DNA of 64,000 nucleotides, from positions 20,780 to 84,779 of the forward strand of contig CAYYHM010000001.1 of the NCBI GenBank assembly GCA_964471795.1, given 5' to 3'. Made by a program: the position numbers and the translations under genes. This DNA is from an uncultured Chitinophagales bacterium. GTDB lineage: Bacteria > Bacteroidota > Bacteroidia > Chitinophagales > S012-47. This document shows positions 38,183 to 48,252 of the stretch, in pieces. Below the pieces are notes generated by a model. That model did not search any database. It was not told where the DNA came from and saw only the letters and a list, made by a program, of their open reading frames with translations. The number at the start of each line of letters is the position of its first letter. Positions within the stretch are counted from its first letter, which is position 1.

Positions 38183-41100
38183 ATGCCTTTCAAAAAGGAC
38201 AATAAGATCAAGAGCGAATTCAACCAGGTGACAATCATGCTGGCCTCTCCGGATTCTATCCTGGAGCGCTCCTATGGTGAAGTGAAAAAGCCCGAAACCA
38301 TCAACTATCGTACCTACAAGCCGGAAATGGAAGGTTTGTTCTGCGAGCGGATTTTTGGGCCTACCAAAGACTATGAATGCTACTGCGGCAAGTACAAGCG
38401 GATACGTTACAAAGGTATCGTGTGCGACCGCTGTGGTGTGGAAGTAACCGAGAAGAAGGTGCGTCGCGAGCGTATGGGCCACATCAAGCTCACTGTTCCG
38501 ATCGTACACATCTGGTACTTCAAGTCGCTGCCCAACAAGATCGGATATTTGCTTGGATTGTCTTCCAAGAAGCTGGAATCCATCGTTTACTACGAGCGCT
38601 ATGTAGTAGTGCAGGCAGGTGTGCTGGAAGATCAGTTGTCGGTAAATGATTTGCTTACTGAGGAAGAATACCTGCAGGTAATGGAATCATTGCCTAAGGA
38701 GAACCAGCATCTGCCGGACGATGATCCGCAGAAGTTCATCGCCAAGATGGGTGCCGAAGCTGTTGAGATGTTGCTGAGCCAACTGAAGTTGGATGAACTG
38801 AGCTACTCGCTGCGTCATGCTGCCAATACTGAAACATCGCAGCAGCGTAAAGCTGAAGCGTTGAAGCGATTGAGTGTAGTAGAAGCATTCCGTGAAGGCA
38901 ACGAGAGGATGGAAAACCGTCCGGAGTGGATGGTGATTCGTTACTTGCCGGTAATCCCGCCGGAGTTGCGTCCACTGGTGCCATTGGATGGTGGCCGCTT
39001 TGCCAGCTCGGACCTCAATGACCTGTACCGCCGGGTAATCATCCGCAACAACCGTCTGAAGCGGTTGGTGGAAATCAAGGCGCCTGAGGTAATCCTTCGC
39101 AACGAAAAGCGCATGCTGCAGGAAGCTGTAGACTCACTGTTCGACAACAGCCGGAAGTCAAATGCGGTGAAGGCAGAAGGAGGTCGCTCCCTGAAGTCGC
39201 TGAGTGATGTATTGAAAGGTAAGCAAGGACGTTTCCGTCAGAACCTGCTCGGTAAGCGGGTTGACTACTCCGGTCGTTCGGTAATCGTGGTAGGTCCTGA
39301 GCTGAAGCTGCATGAATGTGGTCTTCCCAAGGACATGGCGGCAGAATTGTTCAAGCCGTTCATCATCCGTAAATTGATTGAAAGAGGAATCGTAAAGACG
39401 GTGAAGTCTGCCAAGAAACTGGTAGACCGCAAGGAAGCTGTCATCTGGGATATCCTCGAAAACATACTGAAAGGACACCCTGTTATGCTTAACCGGGCTC
39501 CTACACTCCACCGATTGTCTATTCAGGCATTCCAGCCTAAGATGATCGAGGGTAAAGCAATACAACTCCACCCGCTGGTATGTACTGCGTTCAACGCCGA
39601 CTTTGACGGTGACCAGATGGCCGTACACGTGCCACTGAGCCATGGCGCCATATTGGAGGCGCAAATGTTGATGCTTTCTGCACACAACATCCTGAACCCA
39701 CAAAACGGAACACCGGTAACACTGCCATCACAGGACATGGTATTGGGACTGTATTACATCACCAAGGGTAAGCGCAGCAGCGAAGAAGAGGGTGTTGTAG
39801 TGAAGGGTGAAGGGCTCAAGTTCTATGGTGCTGAGGAAGCCATCATCGCCTACAACGAAGGCCGCGTAGAACTGCATGCTTACGTGCATTGCCGCTTACC
39901 GGTAGAAGAAGACGGACAGATCGTACACAAGATGATCGAGACCACCGTAGGTCGCGTAATCTTCAACGAAGTAGTGCCAAGAGCAGTAGGTTTCTTCGAC
40001 ACACTGCTGACTAAGAAAGCACTGCGTTCCGTGATCGCCAAGGTAATCGAGAAGACGGACATCCCGACAACGGCTGCCTTCCTCGACGATATCAAGAAGA
40101 TGGGATTCTTCTGGTCATTCAAAGGTGGCCTGTCATTCAACCTGAAAGATCTGGTTATACCTGACGAGAAGTACCATTTGCTGGAGAAAGCACAAGCGGA
40201 AGTAGATGAGGTATGGGACAACTACAACATGGGTCTCATCACCAATAACGAGCGCTACAACCAGGTGATCGATATCTGGACACGTGTAAACAGCCGTATT
40301 ACCGATACATTGATCAAGAAACTGGCAACACACCGTCAGGGTTTCAACTCAGTGTACATGATGCTCGACTCCGGAGCTCGTGGTTCCAAGGAGCAGATTC
40401 GCCAGCTGGGCGGTATCCGGGGATTGATGGCCAAGCCGCGTAAATCTGGTAGCACCGGTGGTGAAATCATCGAAAACCCCATTCTGTCTAACCTGAAGGA
40501 AGGACTGTCGGTATTGGAGTACTTCATCAGCACGCACGGTGCCCGTAAGGGTCTGGCCGATACGGCACTGAAGACCGCCGATGCCGGTTACCTGACCAGA
40601 AGGTTGGTGGACGTAGCACAGGATGTTGTGATCACAGAAGTGGATTGCGGCACCTTGCGTGGTATCGAGACAAGTGCTCTCAAAGAAAACGAGGAAATCG
40701 TAGAACCATTGAGCGAAAGAATCATCGGTCGCACCAGCCTCCATGATATCTATGATCCGCTCACGGATGAACTGCTGGTTCGTTCCGGTGACATGATTGA
40801 CGAAAAAGTCGCCATGCGCATCGAGGATTCTCCGATTGAAACAGTAGAAATCCGTTCAGTACTTACCTGCGAGTCAAGACGTGGTGTGTGTCAGAAGTGC
40901 TATGGTCGCAACCTGACCAACAATCAGATCTCACAGATGGGTGATGCTGTAGGTATCATCTCAGCACAGTCAATCGGTGAACCGGGTACGCAGCTGACAC
41001 TCCGTACATTCCACGTGGGTGGTACGGCCTCCCACGCCGCATCGGAGTCTACCCTGCAGGCCAAGTTCGAAGGTGTTATCGAGTTCGATGGCATCAAGAC

Positions 41101-42481
41101 AGTGGACCACAAAGCCGACGATGGTACGGTGAAACGCATCGTCATCGGACGTACCGGAGAAATCAGGATACTGGACGAAAAGACAGGCAAGCAACTGTCC
41201 AACAACCACATACCGTACGGTTCTGTGTTGATGGTACAGGAGAAAGCAATTGTCAAGAAAGGTGATATGATGACCTCTTGGGATCCATACAATGCCGTTA
41301 TCATCTCTGAGATGGATGGTATTGTGGCCTTCGACAACATCATTGAAGGGGTAACCTTCAGGGAAGAAGCCGATGAGCAGACAGGTCACCGTGAAAAGGT
41401 AATCATCGAATCGCGTGATAAGACCAAGATTCCCGGAATCCGCATCGTAGATAAGAAAGGAGAAACCATCCGTACGTATAACATTCCTGTTGGATCACAC
41501 ATCAACGTGGACAACAACGAGAAGGTACGCAGTGGTCAAATCCTGGTGAAGATTCCACGTGTGATGGGTAAGATCAGGGATATTACCGGTGGTCTGCCAC
41601 GGGTTACCGAACTCTTCGAAGCACGTAATCCATCTAATCCTGCTGTTGTATCGGAAATCGATGGTGTAGTAGCTTTCGGGGGCGTAAAGCGTGGTAACCG
41701 CGAAATCGTTGTTACGGCGAAGGACGATCAGAAGAAGAAGTACCTGGTGCCGCTGACCAAGCACATCCTGGTGCAGGAAGGTGACTTCGTGAAGGCCGGA
41801 ATGGCACTGTCTGATGGTTCGATTACGCCGAACGATATTCTGGCCATCAAAGGACCATTTGCTGTACAGGAATACATTGTAAACGAAATTCAGGAAGTAT
41901 ACCGACTGCAGGGTGTAAAGATCAACGACAAGCACATTGAAGTGATCGTACGCCAGATGATGCGGAAGGTAGAGATCATCGATCCGGGAGATACCCGATT
42001 CCTGGAGGGCGATGCAGTAGATAAGTTCGAGTTCATCGACGAGAACGATCGCCTGTTCGACAAGAAAATCGTTACCGATCCGGGTGACTCCTCTAAGCTG
42101 AAGCAGGGACAGATTGTTTCACTGCGTCAGTTAAGAGAAGAGAACTCCTTCCTGCGTCGTAGCGACAAGAAGCTGGTAGAATACCGTGATGTAGTACTGG
42201 CCACGTCAAGGTCACTGCTGATGGGTATCACCAGAGCTTCCTTGGGTACCAGCAGCTGGATTTCAGCCGCTTCCTTCCAGGAAACAACCAAGGTGTTGAG
42301 CACAGCCTCTATCGCAGCTAAGCCTGATGACTTGATCGGTCTGAAAGAAAACGTAATCGTTGGTCATAAGATACCTGCAGGTACAGGCTTGCGTGAATTC
42401 GACAATCTGATCATCGGTAATGTAGAGGACTACGAGAAGTTGATGGCCAGAAAAGAAGCAATAGTAGAAGAAAACGTCTAA
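38183..42481 (+). CDS. rpoC: DNA-directed RNA polymerase subunit beta'
   Basis: 1432 aa with the zinc motif [23 protein letters not shown] and the catalytic motif [12 protein letters not shown]. Confidence 0.99.
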   Translation: MPFKKDNKIKSEFNQVTIMLASPDSILERSYGEVKKPETINYRTYKPEMEGLFCERIFGPTKDYECYCGKYKRIRYKGIVCDRCGVEVTEKKVRRERMGHIKLTVPIVHIWYFKSLPNKIGYLLGLSSKKLESIVYYERYVVVQAGVLEDQLSVNDLLTEEEYLQVMESLPKENQHLPDDDPQKFIAKMGAEAVEMLLSQLKLDELSYSLRHAANTETSQQRKAEALKRLSVVEAFREGNERMENRPEWMVIRYLPVIPPELRPLVPLDGGRFASSDLNDLYRRVIIRNNRLKRLVEIKAPEVILRNEKRMLQEAVDSLFDNSRKSNAVKAEGGRSLKSLSDVLKGKQGRFRQNLLGKRVDYSGRSVIVVGPELKLHECGLPKDMAAELFKPFIIRKLIERGIVKTVKSAKKLVDRKEAVIWDILENILKGHPVMLNRAPTLHRLSIQAFQPKMIEGKAIQLHPLVCTAFNADFDGDQMAVHVPLSHGAILEAQMLMLSAHNILNPQNGTPVTLPSQDMVLGLYYITKGKRSSEEEGVVVKGEGLKFYGAEEAIIAYNEGRVELHAYVHCRLPVEEDGQIVHKMIETTVGRVIFNEVVPRAVGFFDTLLTKKALRSVIAKVIEKTDIPTTAAFLDDIKKMGFFWSFKGGLSFNLKDLVIPDEKYHLLEKAQAEVDEVWDNYNMGLITNNERYNQVIDIWTRVNSRITDTLIKKLATHRQGFNSVYMMLDSGARGSKEQIRQLGGIRGLMAKPRKSGSTGGEIIENPILSNLKEGLSVLEYFISTHGARKGLADTALKTADAGYLTRRLVDVAQDVVITEVDCGTLRGIETSALKENEEIVEPLSERIIGRTSLHDIYDPLTDELLVRSGDMIDEKVAMRIEDSPIETVEIRSVLTCESRRGVCQKCYGRNLTNNQISQMGDAVGIISAQSIGEPGTQLTLRTFHVGGTASHAASESTLQAKFEGVIEFDGIKTVDHKADDGTVKRIVIGRTGEIRILDEKTGKQLSNNHIPYGSVLMVQEKAIVKKGDMMTSWDPYNAVIISEMDGIVAFDNIIEGVTFREEADEQTGHREKVIIESRDKTKIPGIRIVDKKGETIRTYNIPVGSHINVDNNEKVRSGQILVKIPRVMGKIRDITGGLPRVTELFEARNPSNPAVVSEIDGVVAFGGVKRGNREIVVTAKDDQKKKYLVPLTKHILVQEGDFVKAGMALSDGSITPNDILAIKGPFAVQEYIVNEIQEVYRLQGVKINDKHIEVIVRQMMRKVEIIDPGDTRFLEGDAVDKFEFIDENDRLFDKKIVTDPGDSSKLKQGQIVSLRQLREENSFLRRSDKKLVEYRDVVLATSRSLLMGITRASLGTSSWISAASFQETTKVLSTASIAAKPDDLIGLKENVIVGHKIPAGTGLREFDNLIIGNVEDYEKLMARKEAIVEENV

Positions 42482-42501
42482 CCTGATAAACCGGAATTGT
42501 C

Positions 42502-42825
42502 ATGGCAGATGCCAACAAAGCCAATGAGCAACAGCTGAACATTGAGTTGAGCGAGGAGATTGCTGAAGGGATTTATTCCAACCTGGCAATCATCACACAT
42601 TCAAACAGTGAATTCGTGCTGGACTTCATCAAAGTGCTACCGGGTGTACCGAAAGCCAAGGTGAAAAGCAGGATACTGCTTACACCGCAGCATGCAAAGC
42701 GGCTGGTAAAAGCACTGCAAGACAATATCCGAAAGTACGAGCAGGTACATGGCGACATAGAAGAAGGCGGCGGTGGATTACCGGACTTACCCATGAATTT
42801 TGGAGGTCCTACTGCGCAGGCCTGA
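42502..42825 (+). CDS. DUF3467-like small protein downstream of rpoC
   Basis: 107 aa containing YSNLAIITHSNSEFVLDFIKVLPGVPKAKVKSRILLTPQHAKRL. The family name is from memory. It starts 20 nt after the rpoC stop and lies upstream of the first strong terminator. Confidence 0.75.
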   Translation: MADANKANEQQLNIELSEEIAEGIYSNLAIITHSNSEFVLDFIKVLPGVPKAKVKSRILLTPQHAKRLVKALQDNIRKYEQVHGDIEEGGGGLPDLPMNFGGPTAQA

Positions 42826-42843
42826 CATGTTGAAACAGCTATG

Positions 42844-42874
42844 AAAACCCGGCAAATTGTCGGGTTTTCTTTTT
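42844..42874 (+). terminator. rho-independent terminator ending the rpoBC-DUF3467 unit
   Basis: AAAACCCG-gcaaattgt-CGGGTTTT followed by CTTTTT. Confidence 0.75.
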
Positions 42875-43050
42875 AGCACTGTTCCTGATAGCCTCCGGTA
42901 TGCTTAGAAAGTCACATGAACTCTCATGCTAACAGGGGCGGGCTCAATTTCTTACAACCATCTATCATATTTGCAGTTACCGGATAGGGGAGGGTTTACC
43001 AATCCAAATGCCCAAGGTCCGCAGGAATTGGGCAGCAGCCAAACCACTCA

Positions 43051-44004
43051 CTACAGCCCGTAAAACCAGACAGTCATGGCATGGTACAATTGTATACCGA
43101 TGATGATGTTGAAGGGGAAGGTGATGCCCAGGGCTGCGGTGAGGTACAGCGTGGGATTGGCATCCGGGATGGCGGTTCGCACGGCAGCGGGGGCGGCAAT
43201 GTAGCTGGCGCTGGCCGCCAACGTGGCCAATACAACGGTTCCGCCCAGCGACAAACCGGTATAATACCCGATGACTATACCAATAAATGCAGCCAACAAA
43301 GGCATGGTAAGACCAAACAGGATGAGTTTGATGCCCACCTTCTTCAGGTCTGCAATGCGATCGCTGGTAACCACGCCCATCTCCAGCATGAATATGGCCA
43401 GAAATCCTTTAAACAGATCGATGAAGAATGAATTCAACTGGTGCTGATTGGTAAACCCGATATACATACCGATGAACAATCCACCCACCATCAGTAAGAT
43501 GCTTTTACCCAGAAACACATCATGCAGGAACTTGCGGATATTCAGTTTCTTTCGCTGATCTGGCAGCAGCGTTGACAGGCTTACGCCCACGATGATAGCC
43601 GGCACCTCCAGTAGCACAAGTAATACGGTCATGTAGGTTTCAAAAGGAACTGACTTTGCCTCCAGGTAGGTTTGCACTACAGCAAAGGTTACAGCACTTA
43701 CTGAGCCATAATGTGTAGCGATTGCAATACTGTCGCGCGGTGAAAACCGCCAGCCGTATTGTAGGATTACCTTAGCCAACAGGGTAACCAAAATGCCGAT
43801 AGCCACCGTGCCCAATGCCGGCAATGCAATGCTGGAAAGCTGGCTGTGCGATAGCTCGATTCCCCCTTTGATACCGATGGACAGCAGGAGGTAGGCGCTG
43901 AGTGTTACATAGATAGCCTTAGGGATCTTGAGGTCACTTTTCAACAGTCCGGAGGCCACGCCAAGTATGAAGAAAAGAATGACAGGATCCAGAAAGTGCG
44001 TCAT
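43051..44004 (-). CDS. sodium-dependent bicarbonate transporter family (SbtA-like, Sbt_1) permease
   Basis: An MTHFLDPVILFFILGVASGLLKSDLKIPKAIYVTLSAYLLLSIGIKGG N-terminus and about 10 TM segments. The ATG at 44004 is preferred over the track start at 44046. Confidence 0.72.
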   Translation of the reverse strand: MTHFLDPVILFFILGVASGLLKSDLKIPKAIYVTLSAYLLLSIGIKGGIELSHSQLSSIALPALGTVAIGILVTLLAKVILQYGWRFSPRDSIAIATHYGSVSAVTFAVVQTYLEAKSVPFETYMTVLLVLLEVPAIIVGVSLSTLLPDQRKKLNIRKFLHDVFLGKSILLMVGGLFIGMYIGFTNQHQLNSFFIDLFKGFLAIFMLEMGVVTSDRIADLKKVGIKLILFGLTMPLLAAFIGIVIGYYTGLSLGGTVVLATLAASASYIAAPAAVRTAIPDANPTLYLTAALGITFPFNIIIGIQLYHAMTVWFYGL

Positions 44005-44021
44005 GATAGCTGATGTTGAGT

Positions 44022-44029
44022 CAAATATA
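44022..44029 (-). promoter_or_regulatory. candidate -7 box TATATTTG for the SbtA-like gene
   Basis: The minus strand reads TATATTTG, 17 nt upstream of the ATG at 44004. Confidence 0.4.
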
Positions 44030-44090
44030 GGGGGTAAGCCCTCCATATTTTACCCTACATATGCACACGCTACAGGAGCGGCTAAGGTGT

Positions 44091-44098
44091 TACCTTTG
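44091..44098 (+). promoter_or_regulatory. candidate -7 box TACCTTTG, 5 nt before the purK ATG
   Basis: The sequence reads TACCTTTGcagccATG. Confidence 0.45.
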
Positions 44099-44103
44099 CA
44101 GCC

Positions 44104-45249
44104 ATGGATCCTCGGAAGCATGAAATAGGTATACTTGGTGGTGGGCAATTGGGTAAGATGCTCCTACAAGCAGCCTCACCGTGGCATCTGGTCAGTCATG
44201 TGCTGGATCCCACACCGGATTGCCCGGCAGCTGACCTGGCGACACATTTTACCTGTGGCTCCTTCAGGGACTATGAGCAGGTAATGGCATTCGGCAGGCA
44301 CCTCGATCGTATCACTATCGAGATAGAAGATGTAAACCTGCAGGCTTTGCGCGACCTACAGTCCATGGGCAAGCAGATTTATCCGCATCCTGATGCGTTG
44401 GCTATCATTCAGGATAAGGGCAGGCAAAAGCAGTTTTATTCGGATGAAAAGTTGCCTACCTCTTCCTTTCAGCTGTATGGCGGGAAAGCAGATGTGTTAC
44501 AGGCATTAGAGAACAAGGAAGTACGGTTGCCATTTGTGCAGAAGTTACGTACCGGAGGGTATGATGGCAGGGGCGTGCAAGTAGTGCGCAAGGACAGTGA
44601 CCTGGTGAATCTGTTTGATGCTCCTTGTGTGGTGGAACAGATGGTGGAGATAGACAAGGAGCTGGCAGTAATCGTGGCTCGTAACCGACAAGGTGAAGTG
44701 GCAGCTTTTCCGCCTGTAGAAATGGTATTCCATCCTACGGCCAATTTGGTGGAGATGTTGGCCGGTCCGGCTGATATTACAGAAGAACAGACCCGAGAGG
44801 CCACCGTCTTGGCCGTGCGCATCATCAAAGCCCTTCGAATGGAAGGCATATTGGCAGTTGAACTGTTCCTGGACAAGAGTGGTCATATATGGATCAACGA
44901 AATTGCTCCCCGGCCGCACAACAGCGGGCATCATACCATTGAGAGCTGCTACACGAGTCAATACGAGCAACACCTTCGTGCTATCTTCAACTGGCCGTTG
45001 GGTAGTACCACACAACATCATCCGGCTGCCATGATCAACCTGCTGGGTGAGCCGGGTCATGAAGGGCCTGCAGTATACCAGGGCTTTGAGCGATGTCTGG
45101 CACAAGAGGGTGTGTATGTACATCTCTATGGTAAGGCCACCACCAAACCATTCCGTAAGATGGGCCATGTAACCATTTTAGCTGCTACCTTTGACGATGC
45201 CGTTGACAAAGCGCGTCAGGTACGGCAACTCATAAAAGTAACCACATGA
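44104..45249 (+). CDS. purK: 5-(carboxyamino)imidazole ribonucleotide synthase
   Basis: IGILGGGQLGKML, an ATP-grasp body and NEIAPRPHNSGH. Confidence 0.95.
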   Translation: MDPRKHEIGILGGGQLGKMLLQAASPWHLVSHVLDPTPDCPAADLATHFTCGSFRDYEQVMAFGRHLDRITIEIEDVNLQALRDLQSMGKQIYPHPDALAIIQDKGRQKQFYSDEKLPTSSFQLYGGKADVLQALENKEVRLPFVQKLRTGGYDGRGVQVVRKDSDLVNLFDAPCVVEQMVEIDKELAVIVARNRQGEVAAFPPVEMVFHPTANLVEMLAGPADITEEQTREATVLAVRIIKALRMEGILAVELFLDKSGHIWINEIAPRPHNSGHHTIESCYTSQYEQHLRAIFNWPLGSTTQHHPAAMINLLGEPGHEGPAVYQGFERCLAQEGVYVHLYGKATTKPFRKMGHVTILAATFDDAVDKARQVRQLIKVTT

Positions 45250-45764
45250 GCACACCCAAAGTAGGAATCATCATGGGCTCTGACAGCGACCTGCGGGTGA
45301 TGGCCGATGCCGTCACTATGCTGGAGTCGTTCAACATCGCTTTCGAGTTGACCATCGTGTCGGCACACCGCACACCCGAGCGGATGATGGCCTATGCTAC
45401 AACCGCACACACGCGAGGCATCAGTGTGATCATTGCAGGCGCAGGGGGTGCGGCGCACCTGCCGGGAATGGTGGCCAGCCTTTCTCCCTTGCCGGTAATC
45501 GGTGTTCCGATCAAGTCTTCGAACTCTATTGACGGGTGGGATTCTGTGTTGTCCATCCTACAGATGCCCGCCGGAGTACCGGTGGCCACAGTAGCACTTG
45601 ACGGAGCAAAGAATGCCGCTATTTTGGCAGCACAAATCATTGGCGCCGGTGATGCGGATGTCCGCGATCGGGTTATCCGGTACAAGCAGAGCCTAAAGGA
45701 ACAAGTGCAGCAGAAGATATCAGACCTGCCTACAAAGGGATACCCGCAAGACTGGCAGGAATAG
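45246..45764 (+). CDS. purE: 5-(carboxyamino)imidazole ribonucleotide mutase
   Basis: VGIIMGSDSDLRVM, SAHRTP and AGGAAHLPGMVAS. The start overlaps the purK stop (ATGA). Confidence 0.96.
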   Translation: MSTPKVGIIMGSDSDLRVMADAVTMLESFNIAFELTIVSAHRTPERMMAYATTAHTRGISVIIAGAGGAAHLPGMVASLSPLPVIGVPIKSSNSIDGWDSVLSILQMPAGVPVATVALDGAKNAAILAAQIIGAGDADVRDRVIRYKQSLKEQVQQKISDLPTKGYPQDWQE

Positions 45765-45811
45765 CCGGTTTTTTCAGCAGTTGGATGTGATAAAGAAATC
45801 TGCGGATTCCG

Positions 45812-45819
45812 TAAATTTG
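45812..45819 (+). promoter_or_regulatory. candidate -7 box TAAATTTG for tRNA-Pro
   Basis: Matches TAnnTTTG, with 21 nt between the box and the tRNA start (45841). Confidence 0.45.
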
Positions 45820-45840
45820 CCATCCGCTGAAAACAGCCAT

Positions 45841-45913
45841 CGGGGTGTAGCTCAGTTGGTAGAGTACACGTCTGGGGGGCGTGTGGTCGCTGGTTCAAGT
45901 CCAGTCACCCCGA
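45841..45913 (+). tRNA. tRNA-Pro (anticodon GGG)
   Basis: Acceptor CGGGGTG/CACCCCG, anticodon stem CACGT/GCGTG (one G-U pair), loop CTGGGGG and T stem GCTGG/CCAGT. Confidence 0.88.
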
Positions 45914-45921
45914 CAGTTAAA

Positions 45922-45945
45922 AGGAGCCTGCATGGCTCCTTTTTT
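45922..45945 (+). terminator. rho-independent terminator after tRNA-Pro
   Basis: AGGAGCC-tgcat-GGCTCCT followed by TTTTT. Confidence 0.75.
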
Positions 45946-46184
45946 GTTTCCTGTCCGTACTGAAGTAAAGATGCCGACATGGGTATCCCTTCCTCGGTAG
46001 GTCATGTGCACCCCGGTTGTTTGGGATAGATGATTTGCCGTTCTGCTGATTTACCAATCAAGTTGCATACTGTTGATTTCATCGGGTAGTGATTTCTGTA
46101 GGGGAGATGCACCAATACCCAACACATTGTCGTTAATCATCAGGCACTACCTGTAAATTCACACTACCATTGCCGTTGTTCCGC

Positions 46185-46192
46185 TAACTTTG
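46185..46192 (+). promoter_or_regulatory. candidate -7 box TAACTTTG, 5 nt before the ATG at 46198
   Basis: The sequence reads TAACTTTGcgcctATG. Confidence 0.45.
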
Positions 46193-46197
46193 CGCCT

Positions 46198-48234
46198 ATG
46201 CAATTTCTCTATCCCGGTTTCTTATGGGCACTGCTGGCTTTGGCTATTCCTGTGATCATTCACCTCTTTAGCTTTCGTAAGTACCGGACCATCTATTTCT
46301 CCAATGTGGCATTTCTGCGGGAAGTACAGGAAGAGTCCTCGGCACGCAATCGCCTGCGTCATTTGCTGGTATTGATTGCCCGAATGCTGGCACTGGCATT
46401 CCTGGTGTTTGCCTTTGCACAGCCCATCTTACCACAGCAGGACGACAATGTGCGGCAAGGTGCACGGACGGTATCAGTATACATAGACAACTCATTCAGC
46501 ATGGATGCCAGCGGGGCTGAAGTTGACCTGCTGCAGCAAGCCAAGGAAATGGCTATAGCGCTGGCCGATGGATATCAGGAGACGGATCGGTTTCAATTGC
46601 TGACCAACGATTTCGAAGGGCGCCATCAGCGGTTGACAGACCGGGAGCAATTCAAGGCGCTGGTGGCAGAAGTAGCAGTTAGTCCGGCAGTACGAACCCT
46701 GGAACAGGTAGAAGAGCGTATGGAGCAGGCTACGCAGGGAGAGGAACAACCTGATTTCTACTTTCTTAGCGATTTTCAGGCCTCCACAGCCAACCTTGAG
46801 CCGGATACAGGTCATCAGATTTATCTGTTGCCGCTGTCAGCACGTGGGCAGGCAAACCTCTCCATCGATTCGGTGTGGTCTGCTGCACCCGTGCAGATGG
46901 TACAACAGCCGGCTACCCTGATGGTCAAGATTACCAATCACGGCAATCAGCCCGTTGAGGATGGTACTCTCTCACTTGTGGTCAACGGAGAACGAAAAGC
47001 AGTTGGTAGCTTTTCATTGGAGGCCGAAAGTAGTGTGGTGGATACCTTGACATTTACGGTTACGGAAGCGGGATGGAACGGGGCAACTGTTTCTGTAACG
47101 GATTACCCTATAACTTTTGACGACGAATATTCAGTCAGTTTCTTTGCCCCGGACGTGCTGAAGGTGATGGCCATACAAGATGAGCAGTCGCCTTACATGC
47201 AGGCGTTGCAGAATCAGGAGGTATTGGAGGTGCAGACCACCCGCAGCACACAGGTGGACTATTCCAGAATGGATGAGTACAGGTTGGTAATCCTGAATCA
47301 GCTCAACGGCCTGTCATCCGGGCTGGTGAGTGCACTTACGGCATATGTGGAGCAAGGAGGGAATCTTCTGGTTTACCCGGGCACAAACGCAGATTTGGCC
47401 GCCTATGAGTCACTGCTACGGCCACTAACCGGTGCTGCGTTGCTGCCATTGCAAGAAAAAGCACAGCAGGTGCAATCCCTATCACTGGAAGACAGGTTCT
47501 TTGCTGACGTGTTCACGTCATGGCCGGAGAATGTGCAATTGCCGGGGGTGAAACGAATGTATCCGATTGATCGACCTGCTCGCTCCCGGTTGATGGCATT
47601 ACTGACATTGCAGGATGGCAGCACCTATCTGGGCAAAGCGGTTTACGGAAATGGCTCGGTTGTGGTATGTGGCGCCCCGCTGCAGTCGGACTACAGTGAC
47701 TTGCCACGGCATGCCCTCTTTGCGATCATCGCTGTTCAGGCCGCCCTGGAAGGCAACAGCCGGCAGCCACTGTCTTTTGTGCTGGGACAGGATGAGGCCA
47801 TCACCATCACTGAACAGCTGTTACAGGACCAGCCGGTGCACCTGCGTGCACAGCGTGCAGATGCCGGCGTGGATTTCATTCCGCCGCAACAGCCTGTAGG
47901 CCGCAACACCATCATCCGATTCTCCGGTACCCTTGACATGATGCCAACCCCCGGATTGTATGAGTTATATAAGCCGGGTAATACGGACGTGCTATCCTTG
48001 CTGGCGTTCAATTATGACCGCACGGAATCGGCCCTGCAGTACCTGAGCAGTGAAGATTTGCAGACCTTATATCCGGGAGCAAACGTACAGGTAATTGAAG
48101 GGGATGACGCAAGCTTGTCAATACAGGCAGGCATAAACAGTAGGGGAATAAGCCTATGGAAACTTTGTGTTATTTTAGCACTGTCGTTCCTGGCAGCAGA
48201 AGTGTTGCTGCTTAGGCTGCTACCGGCCAGATAA
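46198..48234 (+). CDS. BatA-like membrane protein (N-terminal double-TM domain plus vWA-like domain)
   Basis: An N-terminal MQFLYPGFLWALLALAIPVIIHLFSFRK, a MIDAS-like DNSFS motif (VYIDNSFSMD) and a C-terminal TM. Confidence 0.65.
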   Translation: MQFLYPGFLWALLALAIPVIIHLFSFRKYRTIYFSNVAFLREVQEESSARNRLRHLLVLIARMLALAFLVFAFAQPILPQQDDNVRQGARTVSVYIDNSFSMDASGAEVDLLQQAKEMAIALADGYQETDRFQLLTNDFEGRHQRLTDREQFKALVAEVAVSPAVRTLEQVEERMEQATQGEEQPDFYFLSDFQASTANLEPDTGHQIYLLPLSARGQANLSIDSVWSAAPVQMVQQPATLMVKITNHGNQPVEDGTLSLVVNGERKAVGSFSLEAESSVVDTLTFTVTEAGWNGATVSVTDYPITFDDEYSVSFFAPDVLKVMAIQDEQSPYMQALQNQEVLEVQTTRSTQVDYSRMDEYRLVILNQLNGLSSGLVSALTAYVEQGGNLLVYPGTNADLAAYESLLRPLTGAALLPLQEKAQQVQSLSLEDRFFADVFTSWPENVQLPGVKRMYPIDRPARSRLMALLTLQDGSTYLGKAVYGNGSVVVCGAPLQSDYSDLPRHALFAIIAVQAALEGNSRQPLSFVLGQDEAITITEQLLQDQPVHLRAQRADAGVDFIPPQQPVGRNTIIRFSGTLDMMPTPGLYELYKPGNTDVLSLLAFNYDRTESALQYLSSEDLQTLYPGANVQVIEGDDASLSIQAGINSRGISLWKLCVILALSFLAAEVLLLRLLPAR

Positions 48235-48252
48235 CTGAATCGTTTGCACCTC

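Noticed and set aside
43010-43033. Hairpin GCCCAA...TTGGGC as the terminator of the SbtA-like gene
   Set aside because: It has a 12-nt loop, only a 6-bp stem and no T-run on the relevant (minus) strand.
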